The position numbers and the translations under genes were made by a program. Shown here in pieces: positions 40,222 through 49,096 of a stretch of DNA of 60,074 bases. The notes beneath the pieces were generated by a model. That model was given only the letters and a program-made list of their open reading frames with translations. It was not told the origin of the DNA and did no database searches. Positions within the stretch are counted from its first letter, which is position 1, and every line of letters starts with the position of its first letter. Origin of the DNA: Candidatus Thorarchaeota archaeon (GTDB lineage Archaea > Asgardarchaeota > Thorarchaeia > Thorarchaeales > Thorarchaeaceae); assembly GCA_048882325.1 (NCBI GenBank), contig JBHLRS010000019.1, forward strand, positions 1 through 60,074. The letters run 5' to 3'.

Positions 40222-40638
40222 CTAGGAAACCTTTCTGAGGACCACTCTGGATACTCCAGGGATCTTCTTCAGGCTGTCTTCGAGTTCGTTGAGTGTGACC
40301 ACCAGCTGGTCTGGTATGAAGTAACACTCATAGTAGCAACGTTCACCGCGCAAGCATACACCTGTTGTGAAGATGATGTCGCTCAGCTTTGCATCGTTAA
40401 ATGCAAAGTTCAGCTGCTTCAGGAAGTTACGTGAGAGATCAGAGATCTCAATCCTGAGCAGGTAGATGTCCTCATTAGCGACGGGGAAGATCTTCACGAC
40501 GCGGTCTTTGTGGTGCATCACCACTAACCCTGCCTTCTCCCCGATGTCCGCCACAAATTCAGCCGGGAACACTACTGGTTCTCCGGGTGTTAGGTGAAGA
40601 ATGATTGCTGAGGTCGCACCCTCTTTGTCAATAACCAT
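40222..40638 (-). CDS. Putative regulator with an AbrB-like N-terminus and an ACT-like C-terminal domain
   Basis: VVFPAEF...VKIFPV followed by a beta-alpha-beta-beta-alpha-beta pattern ending LKKIPGVSRV; TATA-like TATATATAA at ~40691. Confidence 0.55.
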   Translation of the reverse strand: MVIDKEGATSAIILHLTPGEPVVFPAEFVADIGEKAGLVVMHHKDRVVKIFPVANEDIYLLRIEISDLSRNFLKQLNFAFNDAKLSDIIFTTGVCLRGERCYYECYFIPDQLVVTLNELEDSLKKIPGVSRVVLRKVS

Positions 40639-40834
40639 TAGATTGGTACACGTCCTTCAGGGTCTGTACTTCATTTACGTTCTGTCTGTCTATATATAAC
40701 TTATCCGTGTTGGATATCAAACGGCGTGTTACGTACAGAATGTATGTTTTTTCTAGAAATTCTCAATTCTGAACTCTGTTGACCAAGAATTTCATAAGTC
40801 GTAACCTATAATTGGAGTCATGTGCTCGCCATAG

Positions 40835-41563
40835 TTGAGGAGAGAGAGCGTGCACCCGCGTATCTTGCAGTTCGTTGGTTTCATTTTGATCATAGTTTCT
40901 ATAGCTATGTCATACATCGTGTATCAGAGTACCATGATGACCGCTGAGTCTGACTTGATAATTTTAATCACCTCCGGATTGGTCGCATGGGCAATCGTCG
41001 CCTTACCAGAATTGGTTCTAGGTCTCTGGCTGCTAGCTAAGGGAACTCGGGAGGCACGCATTGGTGATGTGTCAGGGGATCTCATTCCTCTTGTTCAGAA
41101 AGAGGGTAGAATCAGCGTTGATGATGCCGCACGTGAACTTGGGGTTGAACCTCAGGTTGTTGCAGATGCTGCTGAAAAGTTAGCTAAACGTCGACTCCCC
41201 CTAGTTTATTTAGACCGTCGAGCACATGAGATAGTGAGTCCAAAAGCAGTTTCCTTGAAGGAGAGTCTGCTTCATCTTCTCTATGCTCAAAGGCGAATGA
41301 CCTTTGACCAGATTCAAAAAGTCACCGAGTCCACTGATGAGCAGATAGTAGACGCTCTAAAAGAGCTATCAAAGTCTGGGAAGTTCAGGGGAGTTATTGA
41401 TGAGAACTCGAGGGTTGTGTACACTCAGGAGGCAGTCTCCCAGCTCCCGAAGGCAATAACTGTATGTCCGAATTGTGATGGTAAACTAGACGCACCAATC
41501 TTACCCGGTGAGGAAGAAACCTGTCCATACTGTGGACATATCATCACTAACAGACTGAAGTGA
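40835..41563 (+). CDS. Membrane protein with 2 TM helices, two winged-helix (PCI-like) domains and a C-terminal zinc ribbon
   Basis: GRISVDDAARELGV, MTFDQI...GKFRGVIDENSRVVY, CPNC...CPYCG. Confidence 0.72.
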   Translation: MRRESVHPRILQFVGFILIIVSIAMSYIVYQSTMMTAESDLIILITSGLVAWAIVALPELVLGLWLLAKGTREARIGDVSGDLIPLVQKEGRISVDDAARELGVEPQVVADAAEKLAKRRLPLVYLDRRAHEIVSPKAVSLKESLLHLLYAQRRMTFDQIQKVTESTDEQIVDALKELSKSGKFRGVIDENSRVVYTQEAVSQLPKAITVCPNCDGKLDAPILPGEEETCPYCGHIITNRLK

Positions 41564-41567
41564 CCAC

Positions 41568-42383
41568 TCACACTGCACAAGCGTATGCTACATTACCATT
41601 ATAGTTAGCAACTTGAGCTTCTCGTCGTCCACAGTGCAATTCTGAGAGAAACGAGCTTATCCCCTCGTTGACATCTCGATGAGCCATCTCTCTCTCAGGT
41701 TTCCGAAGTGCCAGGGGTGCGTAACTCTCCTTCAGGATTGAGGTAAAGTCCCTACGGAGTCCCATCTTATCTCCAAAAATCTCCACTCCTTGAACCTCTC
41801 CGCCAATAGAGACGATCTTACCAATCTCGTCATCTGACCATTTGAATCGACTTACATACCTCTCAAATTCGTGACCATACTGAACGTAGAGTTCACCCAA
41901 TGCACTTGTTCCAGACCTTACACCCCACTCTGAGAGAATGCTCTGTACTTTATTCCAAACGTCTTGTTGATTTCTCCCCTGTAGAATGGCTTTGCGCATT
42001 GAGATTGGAGTGTTTGTATGCAGCCATTCTCCATGTGAGTGTTCCCATCTACCTGCTTCAATACAGAACACATTCAGGTTCATATGTCCCTCAACCACAG
42101 TACTCTCTGCAACGATGCGGTCCTGCTTTCCTCCACCAAGCACTCCTTCTCCGCATCGGATTAGTGTTGGCTCTTTAGCGAAGAATCGCAGACTTGGTAC
42201 GTTGCCAGTTTCCTCGACATTCATGTTACCCATTTCAAGAGAAATCTGCGTTGAGACTATTCCATTATAGAATTCTGCACCCTCATCTATCAGCCCAGTA
42301 ACAGCGAGGTTTCCCTGTACCTGTGGCGCAGTCATCTCTGCATTCTCGATGAGCTTCAATACTTGACTTGAAGGTCCACTCAT
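41568..42383 (-). CDS. ARPP-1/DUF6569-family protein
   Basis: VEETGNVPSL, GEGVLGGGKQDRIV, VFCIEAGRW, QQDVW, GVEIFG. Confidence 0.75.
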   Translation of the reverse strand: MSGPSSQVLKLIENAEMTAPQVQGNLAVTGLIDEGAEFYNGIVSTQISLEMGNMNVEETGNVPSLRFFAKEPTLIRCGEGVLGGGKQDRIVAESTVVEGHMNLNVFCIEAGRWEHSHGEWLHTNTPISMRKAILQGRNQQDVWNKVQSILSEWGVRSGTSALGELYVQYGHEFERYVSRFKWSDDEIGKIVSIGGEVQGVEIFGDKMGLRRDFTSILKESYAPLALRKPEREMAHRDVNEGISSFLSELHCGRREAQVANYNGNVAYACAV

Positions 42384-42440
42384 ATTCCGCCCTCATATAT
42401 TGTGGACTATGGACTCTATAAAAACCGCCCAGAATATTAT

Positions 42441-43592
42441 TCACTCTAACCGTTCTCTACGAACTTTCCATTTGTCCACAACCGTATCTCCCTTTACTAC
42501 ATGAATGAATTCATAGAGATTTGCGGTAAGGCACGAATGATTTGGTAGAATTCGAACTCTATTACTATGACTGAACTCGATTGGTGTTTTGCTGCTGATT
42601 GCAATCTTCCCGTGTTCTTGAGAGAGTGATTTGATGACTGCATCATCTATTTGGCCTGCATCATAATCTCGGATTATTTTCCCGTAACCAACTTCAGGTT
42701 CAATGTGAGTTGGTCCCATGTCCTTTGATAGTGCTGTGGCACCTGCATCAATGATTACTCTGTCATCATTGGTACTTATGACGCTCGAGAGAACAGTGAG
42801 CGCACAATCAGTCACGCCACACGAACCAAGCGCAACTTGTGTGTAGTCATAGAATACATAGTTGCCCGGTCGAATCTCTGTTATCTCCTCCTGAAACGAA
42901 TCTGTAAGACGTGCAGTCGGTGTTGAACCTATACTAACTACCTCGGGTGCTAGCTCTGAATCTTCTTCTTGCAAAGTCTTGGCAAACCTGACCATCACAT
43001 CCTGCTCCATTTTAGCAATGAGTTTGATCTCCGCAACAGTTGTCGCACTATACGAATGCCCGGCATGTGTTAGTATCCCCTTAAATCTGAGGCTCGAACT
43101 CTCAGCAATCTTCTTGACCAATCTGATGGCTTCAGGAGAGGATGGGTTTACTCCGCATCTTGGGTATCCACAGTCAATTTTCACTAGCACATCGAGAATG
43201 ATATGCTTCTCTTTGCAGAATTCGCCAAGAAATTCAACGGTCGTTGGATGGTCAACGAGTACATTCAGATGTGCCATCTCTGAAATCTTATGAACCCCAT
43301 CGAATTTGTCTGAGGCAATAGGGACTGCATATGTGATGTCTGTGAATCCAGCCTCTGCAAATGCTAACGCCTCACCCAACGTGGAAACCGTAATTCCCTT
43401 TGCCCCGGACTCTAGCTGCTTCTTGCCAATCTCTATACATTTGTGTGTCTTTATGTGAGGTCGCAGATTCACGCCAAACTCTTTTGCCCTCACCGCCATC
43501 TCATTGATGTTTTTCTCTAACCGTTCCAGATCGACCAAAGCTATTGGCGTGACAAGGTCCGTAATCTCTTGCTTAGACAAGTTAGTAACCAC
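42441..43592 (-). CDS. PLP-dependent fold-type III enzyme (D-serine dehydratase DSD1/D-threonine aldolase family)
   Basis: TPIALVD, LRPHIKTHK, HAGHSY, GSTPT, EIRPGNYVFYD, DAGATALSKD, SQEHG, PNHSC. Confidence 0.9.
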   Translation of the reverse strand: MVTNLSKQEITDLVTPIALVDLERLEKNINEMAVRAKEFGVNLRPHIKTHKCIEIGKKQLESGAKGITVSTLGEALAFAEAGFTDITYAVPIASDKFDGVHKISEMAHLNVLVDHPTTVEFLGEFCKEKHIILDVLVKIDCGYPRCGVNPSSPEAIRLVKKIAESSSLRFKGILTHAGHSYSATTVAEIKLIAKMEQDVMVRFAKTLQEEDSELAPEVVSIGSTPTARLTDSFQEEITEIRPGNYVFYDYTQVALGSCGVTDCALTVLSSVISTNDDRVIIDAGATALSKDMGPTHIEPEVGYGKIIRDYDAGQIDDAVIKSLSQEHGKIAISSKTPIEFSHSNRVRILPNHSCLTANLYEFIHVVKGDTVVDKWKVRRERLE

Positions 43593-43597
43593 CCAAA

Positions 43598-45028
43598 CTA
43601 AGTGATGCCATGCTGGCCTCCACGAATTCTCCTTCTGAGGTTCAATCGTGCTTCATCAATCTTTTCGCTGATCCTGTTCTTCTTTGGCCAGTGTTCTTTG
43701 ATCTCTTCAAATCCATGAACGTCCCAGTAAAGTGGACACGCTCCGTAGCAATAGTCAAAGTGTTCACATGCTTTACACCCCTCAGGTGCAAAGTCCTTTG
43801 CTCTCCAGAACTGTGAAGCTCGATTGTACCATACTTGTTCAAAACTCTCAGTGAGTAGATTTCCCACAGGCTCACTAAAACTTGAACAGGGTAAGAGACC
43901 TCCCTCTGCATCCACCGATAGTAGTCCATCACAACAAGCACAACTCTTAGCTCCAAGACCGTGTGCAATTGGGTTGAATAGACAAACAGGGGTTGGTGCA
44001 TACCACACGAACTGAATGCCTTTCTTGTTTGCTCGTTTCTTCACACGCTTTACGATGTCTTTAATCTCGGAATACTTGACTTGGAGTTCATCTCTGAGCT
44101 TGGCTGCGGTTCCTGTATAGATTACCATATTCATACTAAAGTACGTGAGCTTGAGTTCATCAGCATGGAAGTCTACAAGTTCTTCCAACTTGTCAAGGTT
44201 TGGTCTGCAGATAGTAGTGTTGCAGTGTGTATAAATCTCAGTTTCTCGAAGATTCTTGATACCCTGGACTGTCTTTTCGAACGCCCCGGGTATGCCAACG
44301 ATGTAATCATGAGTTTCTGCATCTGGTCCCTCAATAGAAACTTGCGCACTATTCAGTCCTGCATCAACAAGCTTCTGCACATACTCCTTATCATGACAGC
44401 GAATCCCGTTCGTGATGAGGTTGACCCTAAGACCTCTGTTTCTTGCATGGGCAATCAACTCGAAGAGGTCATCGCGAAGGGTTGGTTCTCCTCCTGTAAA
44501 TGACAGACTAGGGACATGAGCATCATCGACTATGATGTCGATTACTCGTTTCACCTCTTCAGTAGTCATCTCTCCTGACTCCCTATAAGGCGAAAAGGCG
44601 TAGCAGAATCTACACTTGTTGTTGCACCTATAGGACAGGGCAATCTCACTGAGAACTGGATATTTGATTTCTCCCTCTCCGAAGGGTACTATCTTTGCTG
44701 TTTTGTAGCTATAGATATTCTGATTTCCTATGGTCATGTTTCGAAGGTCATCAACAAATGCAGCTAAGTCGTTCAGTACTGACTGTTTCTTTCCTCCTGC
44801 CTCGACGAAATAGTTGATAATATCCTCAAGAGGAACATCATCAAGAAGCATCTTGAGCATACGCATACCCGTTTCATTGAGATGCATGGTTTTGTTGGGT
44901 CGCAGTATGAGGAGGTTGTCCTGTGGTCTCACAAAGAAGAAATCTCTCACCTCATCAATGAATGTAGGAACCCATTGAAGCTCCTCCATAGTATAATCAT
45001 ATTGAGGTATAGAGTGAGGTGAGGTCAT
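43598..45028 (-). CDS. Radical SAM/SPASM peptide or protein maturase with N-terminal PqqD/RRE-like domain
   Basis: LLILRPNKTMHLNETG...DLAAFVDDL (RRE-like), CNNKCRFC, FTGGEPTLR, SPASM cysteines CACCDG..PCS..CKACEHFDYCYGAC. Confidence 0.92.
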   Translation of the reverse strand: MTSPHSIPQYDYTMEELQWVPTFIDEVRDFFFVRPQDNLLILRPNKTMHLNETGMRMLKMLLDDVPLEDIINYFVEAGGKKQSVLNDLAAFVDDLRNMTIGNQNIYSYKTAKIVPFGEGEIKYPVLSEIALSYRCNNKCRFCYAFSPYRESGEMTTEEVKRVIDIIVDDAHVPSLSFTGGEPTLRDDLFELIAHARNRGLRVNLITNGIRCHDKEYVQKLVDAGLNSAQVSIEGPDAETHDYIVGIPGAFEKTVQGIKNLRETEIYTHCNTTICRPNLDKLEELVDFHADELKLTYFSMNMVIYTGTAAKLRDELQVKYSEIKDIVKRVKKRANKKGIQFVWYAPTPVCLFNPIAHGLGAKSCACCDGLLSVDAEGGLLPCSSFSEPVGNLLTESFEQVWYNRASQFWRAKDFAPEGCKACEHFDYCYGACPLYWDVHGFEEIKEHWPKKNRISEKIDEARLNLRRRIRGGQHGIT

Positions 45029-45137
45029 TGGTTTCGAGATTTACGCGCACCATCTTAAGGCTTCGGATAGGTGGATTCATGAAAACTGGAAAGCTTATCA
45101 GTCCCCAATCTTGAGATATGAATAACATCGTCGTGGA

Positions 45138-45542
45138 GTGTGTTCGATGAGCACAAGTGAGATAAAATTACCCTACGGTACAATCCAGAAAAAGAAACTA
45201 GTCATGCACTTCAGTGCATATGACATCGACCTGCCAGTCATAGCAGCTGGTATTCGTGAGAGAATGGATGTTCTACGTGAACTAGAAGTGTTTTTTGCTG
45301 GCTTCGGAACGGAAGTGCCTCAGAATGTCACAGAGCAAACACCTGCAGTAATCAAGTGCTTCTTTGAATATGTCGGGAAAGAATCTGACGCAAGCCTCAT
45401 CCTGAAGCGAGTATATCATCTCGTGTGGAATGGCATGATAATGGAATTCCCGGATATTGTTGAGTGGGCAGCAGCAAAGGCTGACCTTTCCAACCTGACC
45501 ATCGCTCAAGCTGATGTTCTTAGAGCACAGCGAGGCGACTAA
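45138..45542 (+). CDS. Hypothetical protein upstream of, and probably co-transcribed with, the Cys-tail membrane protein
   Basis: 134-aa globular-looking ORF, 41 nt upstream of the next gene; start may be ATG 45147. Confidence 0.7.
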   Translation: MCSMSTSEIKLPYGTIQKKKLVMHFSAYDIDLPVIAAGIRERMDVLRELEVFFAGFGTEVPQNVTEQTPAVIKCFFEYVGKESDASLILKRVYHLVWNGMIMEFPDIVEWAAAKADLSNLTIAQADVLRAQRGD

Positions 45543-45583
45543 TCAAATCCTAACAAGAGCGCATTTGACAAGAGGGTCATGAA

Positions 45584-47707
45584 GTGAAAAGAAGCCTGAT
45601 GCTAATACTATTAGTTGGACTGCTGGCACTTACAGCAATTCCCCACTCCAATGCAGATTTCATCACAAGTGCCTATCCAAACCTAGACAGCGTCTATGTT
45701 GATGTTGTTGTGATGCCTAATGGTAGGATCAACGTCACTTATTGGATGACTTTTACTGCAGCTGAAGGAGGCCTTGGAGGATTTGATTTGCTTGGGATTG
45801 AGGAGGAAACTATAGATGACTCTAGTCGCGCATATGCTGAATGGGGTGGGAGTCGGTATGATCTATTGGTCACCACATACTCAAATGGCTATGGACTAGA
45901 CTGGGTTCCCCGAACTCCAGAGGGAGAAGAAGTTTTGGTTGTATTTGGATATTTCAGTACGAACAGGGTTATTGAGAAGACAACATCTGGAATGTATGGT
46001 GATCTTGGAGTCTTCAACTGGGCTCCAGTTCAGTGGGAAATACCAGTTGACTACGAGTCTGTACAGGTAATCTATCCTATTCAAATGAATTCATCATGGA
46101 TTGAGCCAACTCATGGAGTCACTGCAGAAGGTGCTGCGTACGCAGGCTATGTCGTAGATACAAATCAAGGTCTTTGGGATGGTAGTAGCTACACAAACTT
46201 CACAGAAGTAAATCTTCTCGCCTATCCATATAGTGCCTCAGCAGATCCCCGTTACTTCACAGTTAGTCTAGGTCATAACAACATCGTATCCTATGGTCAC
46301 TTTCGCGTTTTCCACTACACCAATTGGAGTTTCTATGAACCTTATCTTGAAGCTGGTGCACTTGGAGTTGATTATGTACCAATAATCAATACAGACGCAA
46401 ATACGCTCTTTGACCTTCAACTAACAGTCTTCAATTATGGTGATGCTAACTTGGAGGATGTGACAATAACAATGTCACTTCCTGAAAACATCACACTTAC
46501 TTCCGGATCCGTGATAACACATGTTGGAACCCTTTCAGGTGGGGAAACGTGGTATGAAACATACTCACTCTTCCCCGCGAACGTGCCTGCTATCCTCACA
46601 ATATCCTTCCAAGTGAGTGCCTCAAATCTGAATGTATCAGACTGGTTGACATTTCAAGTGGATGTTTATATTCAGGAATATATTCCACCATTAATTCCCA
46701 TGAGCACCTTAATTGGTGCATTTGCTATCTTTGTTTCTCTTGGTTTCATCTTCTACGGATATCGCAGAGTGACAAGAACCTATGGTGCAAAATGGGAGGC
46801 TGACGATACAACCTATGTCTACGAGAGTCCTGAGATTGCCATTCAGACCTTTGGAGAACCAGGCACAGTAGCTGAACTGGACCCAATTGAGTCTGCCTTT
46901 TTCATCAATACAACGCGGCAAAAACTTGTATCCATGATCCTCATGTCATGTGTTCGAAAAGGCGCTGTTCGAGTTCTATCAGCTGACCCATTGAAACTCT
47001 CAGTCACAGGATTACAGTTCCAAGATTTAACATATTACGAAGAGATGTTTGTCGCAGCGATAGTCGATGACGAGCTCGATTCTGATAAGATCGATGATAT
47101 GCTTGAGGAGCTAGCGGACAAAGTACAGGAGAAAGCATGGAGTGCTGACTTCGAGGCTACAAAGACCCATCACGATGAAATGGTTGATGGGGCATGGGAA
47201 GAGCTGAAGGCTTATCCTACAGTAGACGATAGAATGGATTACTATTTCAACCGCCAGTATCGCGGTGGTGGCTGGGCCTGGTATTGGCTTTACATGCATC
47301 CGAGGCATGATCATATTGGTGATGTCTTTGACACACCTGGTCCTTCGATAGCGCCACCTCAAGTACCAGATTGGTTCTCTCAACTCTCTGAAGCAACAGG
47401 TCATGCTGTACGTGGTGTTGGGCAAGTTGTCGGTGATGTCGCGACGACTACTGGACAGATTATGACCAATGTAGGGAAGACCATAGGGAGTGTCCTAGAT
47501 GGTGTGGGAAAGATTATCACCGCGCCTCTTAAACCCTTGATAGAGAGCACAAGTAGATGCGTATCTCATGATGCTTGCCACAGCGCGTGTGTTTCTCATG
47601 ATGCATGTCATAGCGCTTGTCACAGTGCCTGTCATAGTGCTTGTGTCTGTCATAGTGCTTGCCACAGTGCTTGTCATAGTGCTTGTGTGTCAGGAGGTTT
47701 TAGGTAG
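45584..47707 (+). CDS. Single-pass membrane protein (DUF2207-like architecture, extra Ig-like domain) with a Cys/His-rich repeat C-terminal tail
   Basis: Signal peptide; VDVVVMPNGRINVTY.MTF and NWAP.QW segments; NYGDANLEDVTI..SLP Ig-like domain; TM LIGAFAIFVSLGFIFYGY; LDPIESA..ILMSCVRKGAV..LTYYEEMF; terminal (CHSA)n. Confidence 0.85.
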   Translation: MKRSLMLILLVGLLALTAIPHSNADFITSAYPNLDSVYVDVVVMPNGRINVTYWMTFTAAEGGLGGFDLLGIEEETIDDSSRAYAEWGGSRYDLLVTTYSNGYGLDWVPRTPEGEEVLVVFGYFSTNRVIEKTTSGMYGDLGVFNWAPVQWEIPVDYESVQVIYPIQMNSSWIEPTHGVTAEGAAYAGYVVDTNQGLWDGSSYTNFTEVNLLAYPYSASADPRYFTVSLGHNNIVSYGHFRVFHYTNWSFYEPYLEAGALGVDYVPIINTDANTLFDLQLTVFNYGDANLEDVTITMSLPENITLTSGSVITHVGTLSGGETWYETYSLFPANVPAILTISFQVSASNLNVSDWLTFQVDVYIQEYIPPLIPMSTLIGAFAIFVSLGFIFYGYRRVTRTYGAKWEADDTTYVYESPEIAIQTFGEPGTVAELDPIESAFFINTTRQKLVSMILMSCVRKGAVRVLSADPLKLSVTGLQFQDLTYYEEMFVAAIVDDELDSDKIDDMLEELADKVQEKAWSADFEATKTHHDEMVDGAWEELKAYPTVDDRMDYYFNRQYRGGGWAWYWLYMHPRHDHIGDVFDTPGPSIAPPQVPDWFSQLSEATGHAVRGVGQVVGDVATTTGQIMTNVGKTIGSVLDGVGKIITAPLKPLIESTSRCVSHDACHSACVSHDACHSACHSACHSACVCHSACHSACHSACVSGGFR
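47558..47704 (+). repeat. Coding tandem repeat CVSHDA/CHSA (7 CHSA units, 11 Cys and 9 His in 49 aa)
   Basis: 12-nt units tgY caY agY gcN with synonymous variation. Confidence 0.95.
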
Positions 47708-47830
47708 AAATCCGACCCATTTGCCACGATTCCCATACTTATGACATTCACATCGAAGAGGCTGGCGTTAAAGCGAGCACATTAAGAGTAAACGCTTTAG
47801 GTCAGCAAATGAGTCTCTGAACTGGTCATA

Positions 47831-49051
47831 ATGAAAGTTGAAGAGAGATTTGTCAAAGTTTGTGGCGAGATTGGCAACTTCACTGAGAAGCTAACAGGGG
47901 TCAATATTGTAGATGCGTATACTGGACCAAAGGAATTTCATCCTAGCAAACAGAGCAAGCACAAATCCCCTGAAGACTTGGTGAATGAAATCCATGGGAC
48001 CTTTGATGCAATGCGTGACGAAGTCAATGATCCCCTTCGCCTTGAATACATGATGGGCGAACTTCATTCTCTGAATGTAGTCGTTGACTGGCTTTCTGGC
48101 AAGGACCTTTCCTATGCAGAATTGGTAGAGGGTCTCTTTCACACACCTCTCGAGAGGTTCCCAGAAGCAGAGATTGACAGGAATATCCAGCTCCTGGAGG
48201 AAAAAATCTCTGATTTCCCTGGAGAGAATCTACGCGACAAAGTTACGCGATTCGGTAAAGAAGGAGAAATCACTGGAGACAAACTACAGCTTCTAATTGA
48301 AACAGAGCTTCAGGAGAAATCCAAAGAGGTCGGGCTGATGTTCAAGGACCAGATCTACGCATCAATGGGAGCCTCAGTGCCTGATAATGGTGTTCAGTAT
48401 GAAGCTGTACGGAACGAACCTTGGAGTGGGTATAACTGGTATAAAGGAGGATTTCAATCCCTGAACCAGTTCAATATCGATGCAAAGTTCAACAAAGACT
48501 CGCTACTGAATGTTGTCTATCATGAGTATGAGCATCATGTTTCCAATCTTTGGCGCGAGAAAGCGTATCTCAATAGTAACAACCTGGAGCTCTCAATTGT
48601 TCTTCTTCACACTGGACGCTGTGTGATATCTGAAGGGACTGCTGACACCGCAAAGGAGTTTCTTAGAGTTATTGATGACAGTCCTAGGATGCAAGTGATG
48701 GATGTTCTCTCTGTGCTGCGGCGCATGGCTGGAATCAATGCTGCGATTATGATGAATGCTGAAGGAGCTTCAGCTGAGGACGCTGTGGAATATATTGTTG
48801 GTCGAGGATTTAGAACACATGAGTCTGCTAAACAGTCTATCAATTTCATCTCACCAAAAACAGCGGATGGGCGGATAAACTTCTTCTCACCATATATCTA
48901 CACCTACTATAAGGGTAGAACTGACTATGTACTTCCACAGTATAATAAGGCAGTCGAGAAGGACGCGTTGCCCGAGTTCTTCAAGGCAGTCTATATGAAT
49001 CCATATTCAGGTTCAAGTGTAACGTGGAACAAAGCGTTCAATTGGTTGTAG
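47831..49051 (+). CDS. DUF885-like putative zinc metallopeptidase
   Basis: EPWSGYNWYKGG, HEYEH (HExxH), downstream ISEGTA. Confidence 0.65.
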   Translation: MKVEERFVKVCGEIGNFTEKLTGVNIVDAYTGPKEFHPSKQSKHKSPEDLVNEIHGTFDAMRDEVNDPLRLEYMMGELHSLNVVVDWLSGKDLSYAELVEGLFHTPLERFPEAEIDRNIQLLEEKISDFPGENLRDKVTRFGKEGEITGDKLQLLIETELQEKSKEVGLMFKDQIYASMGASVPDNGVQYEAVRNEPWSGYNWYKGGFQSLNQFNIDAKFNKDSLLNVVYHEYEHHVSNLWREKAYLNSNNLELSIVLLHTGRCVISEGTADTAKEFLRVIDDSPRMQVMDVLSVLRRMAGINAAIMMNAEGASAEDAVEYIVGRGFRTHESAKQSINFISPKTADGRINFFSPYIYTYYKGRTDYVLPQYNKAVEKDALPEFFKAVYMNPYSGSSVTWNKAFNWL

Positions 49052-49096
49052 TTGTGAAGACGAGAACGGATCTAGGTCATCGAAATATTCCTGAAC

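Noticed and set aside
47558-47704. 12-nt tandem repeats as a CRISPR array or VNTR
   Set aside because: No spacers, in-frame coding with synonymous divergence, and no cas genes in the window
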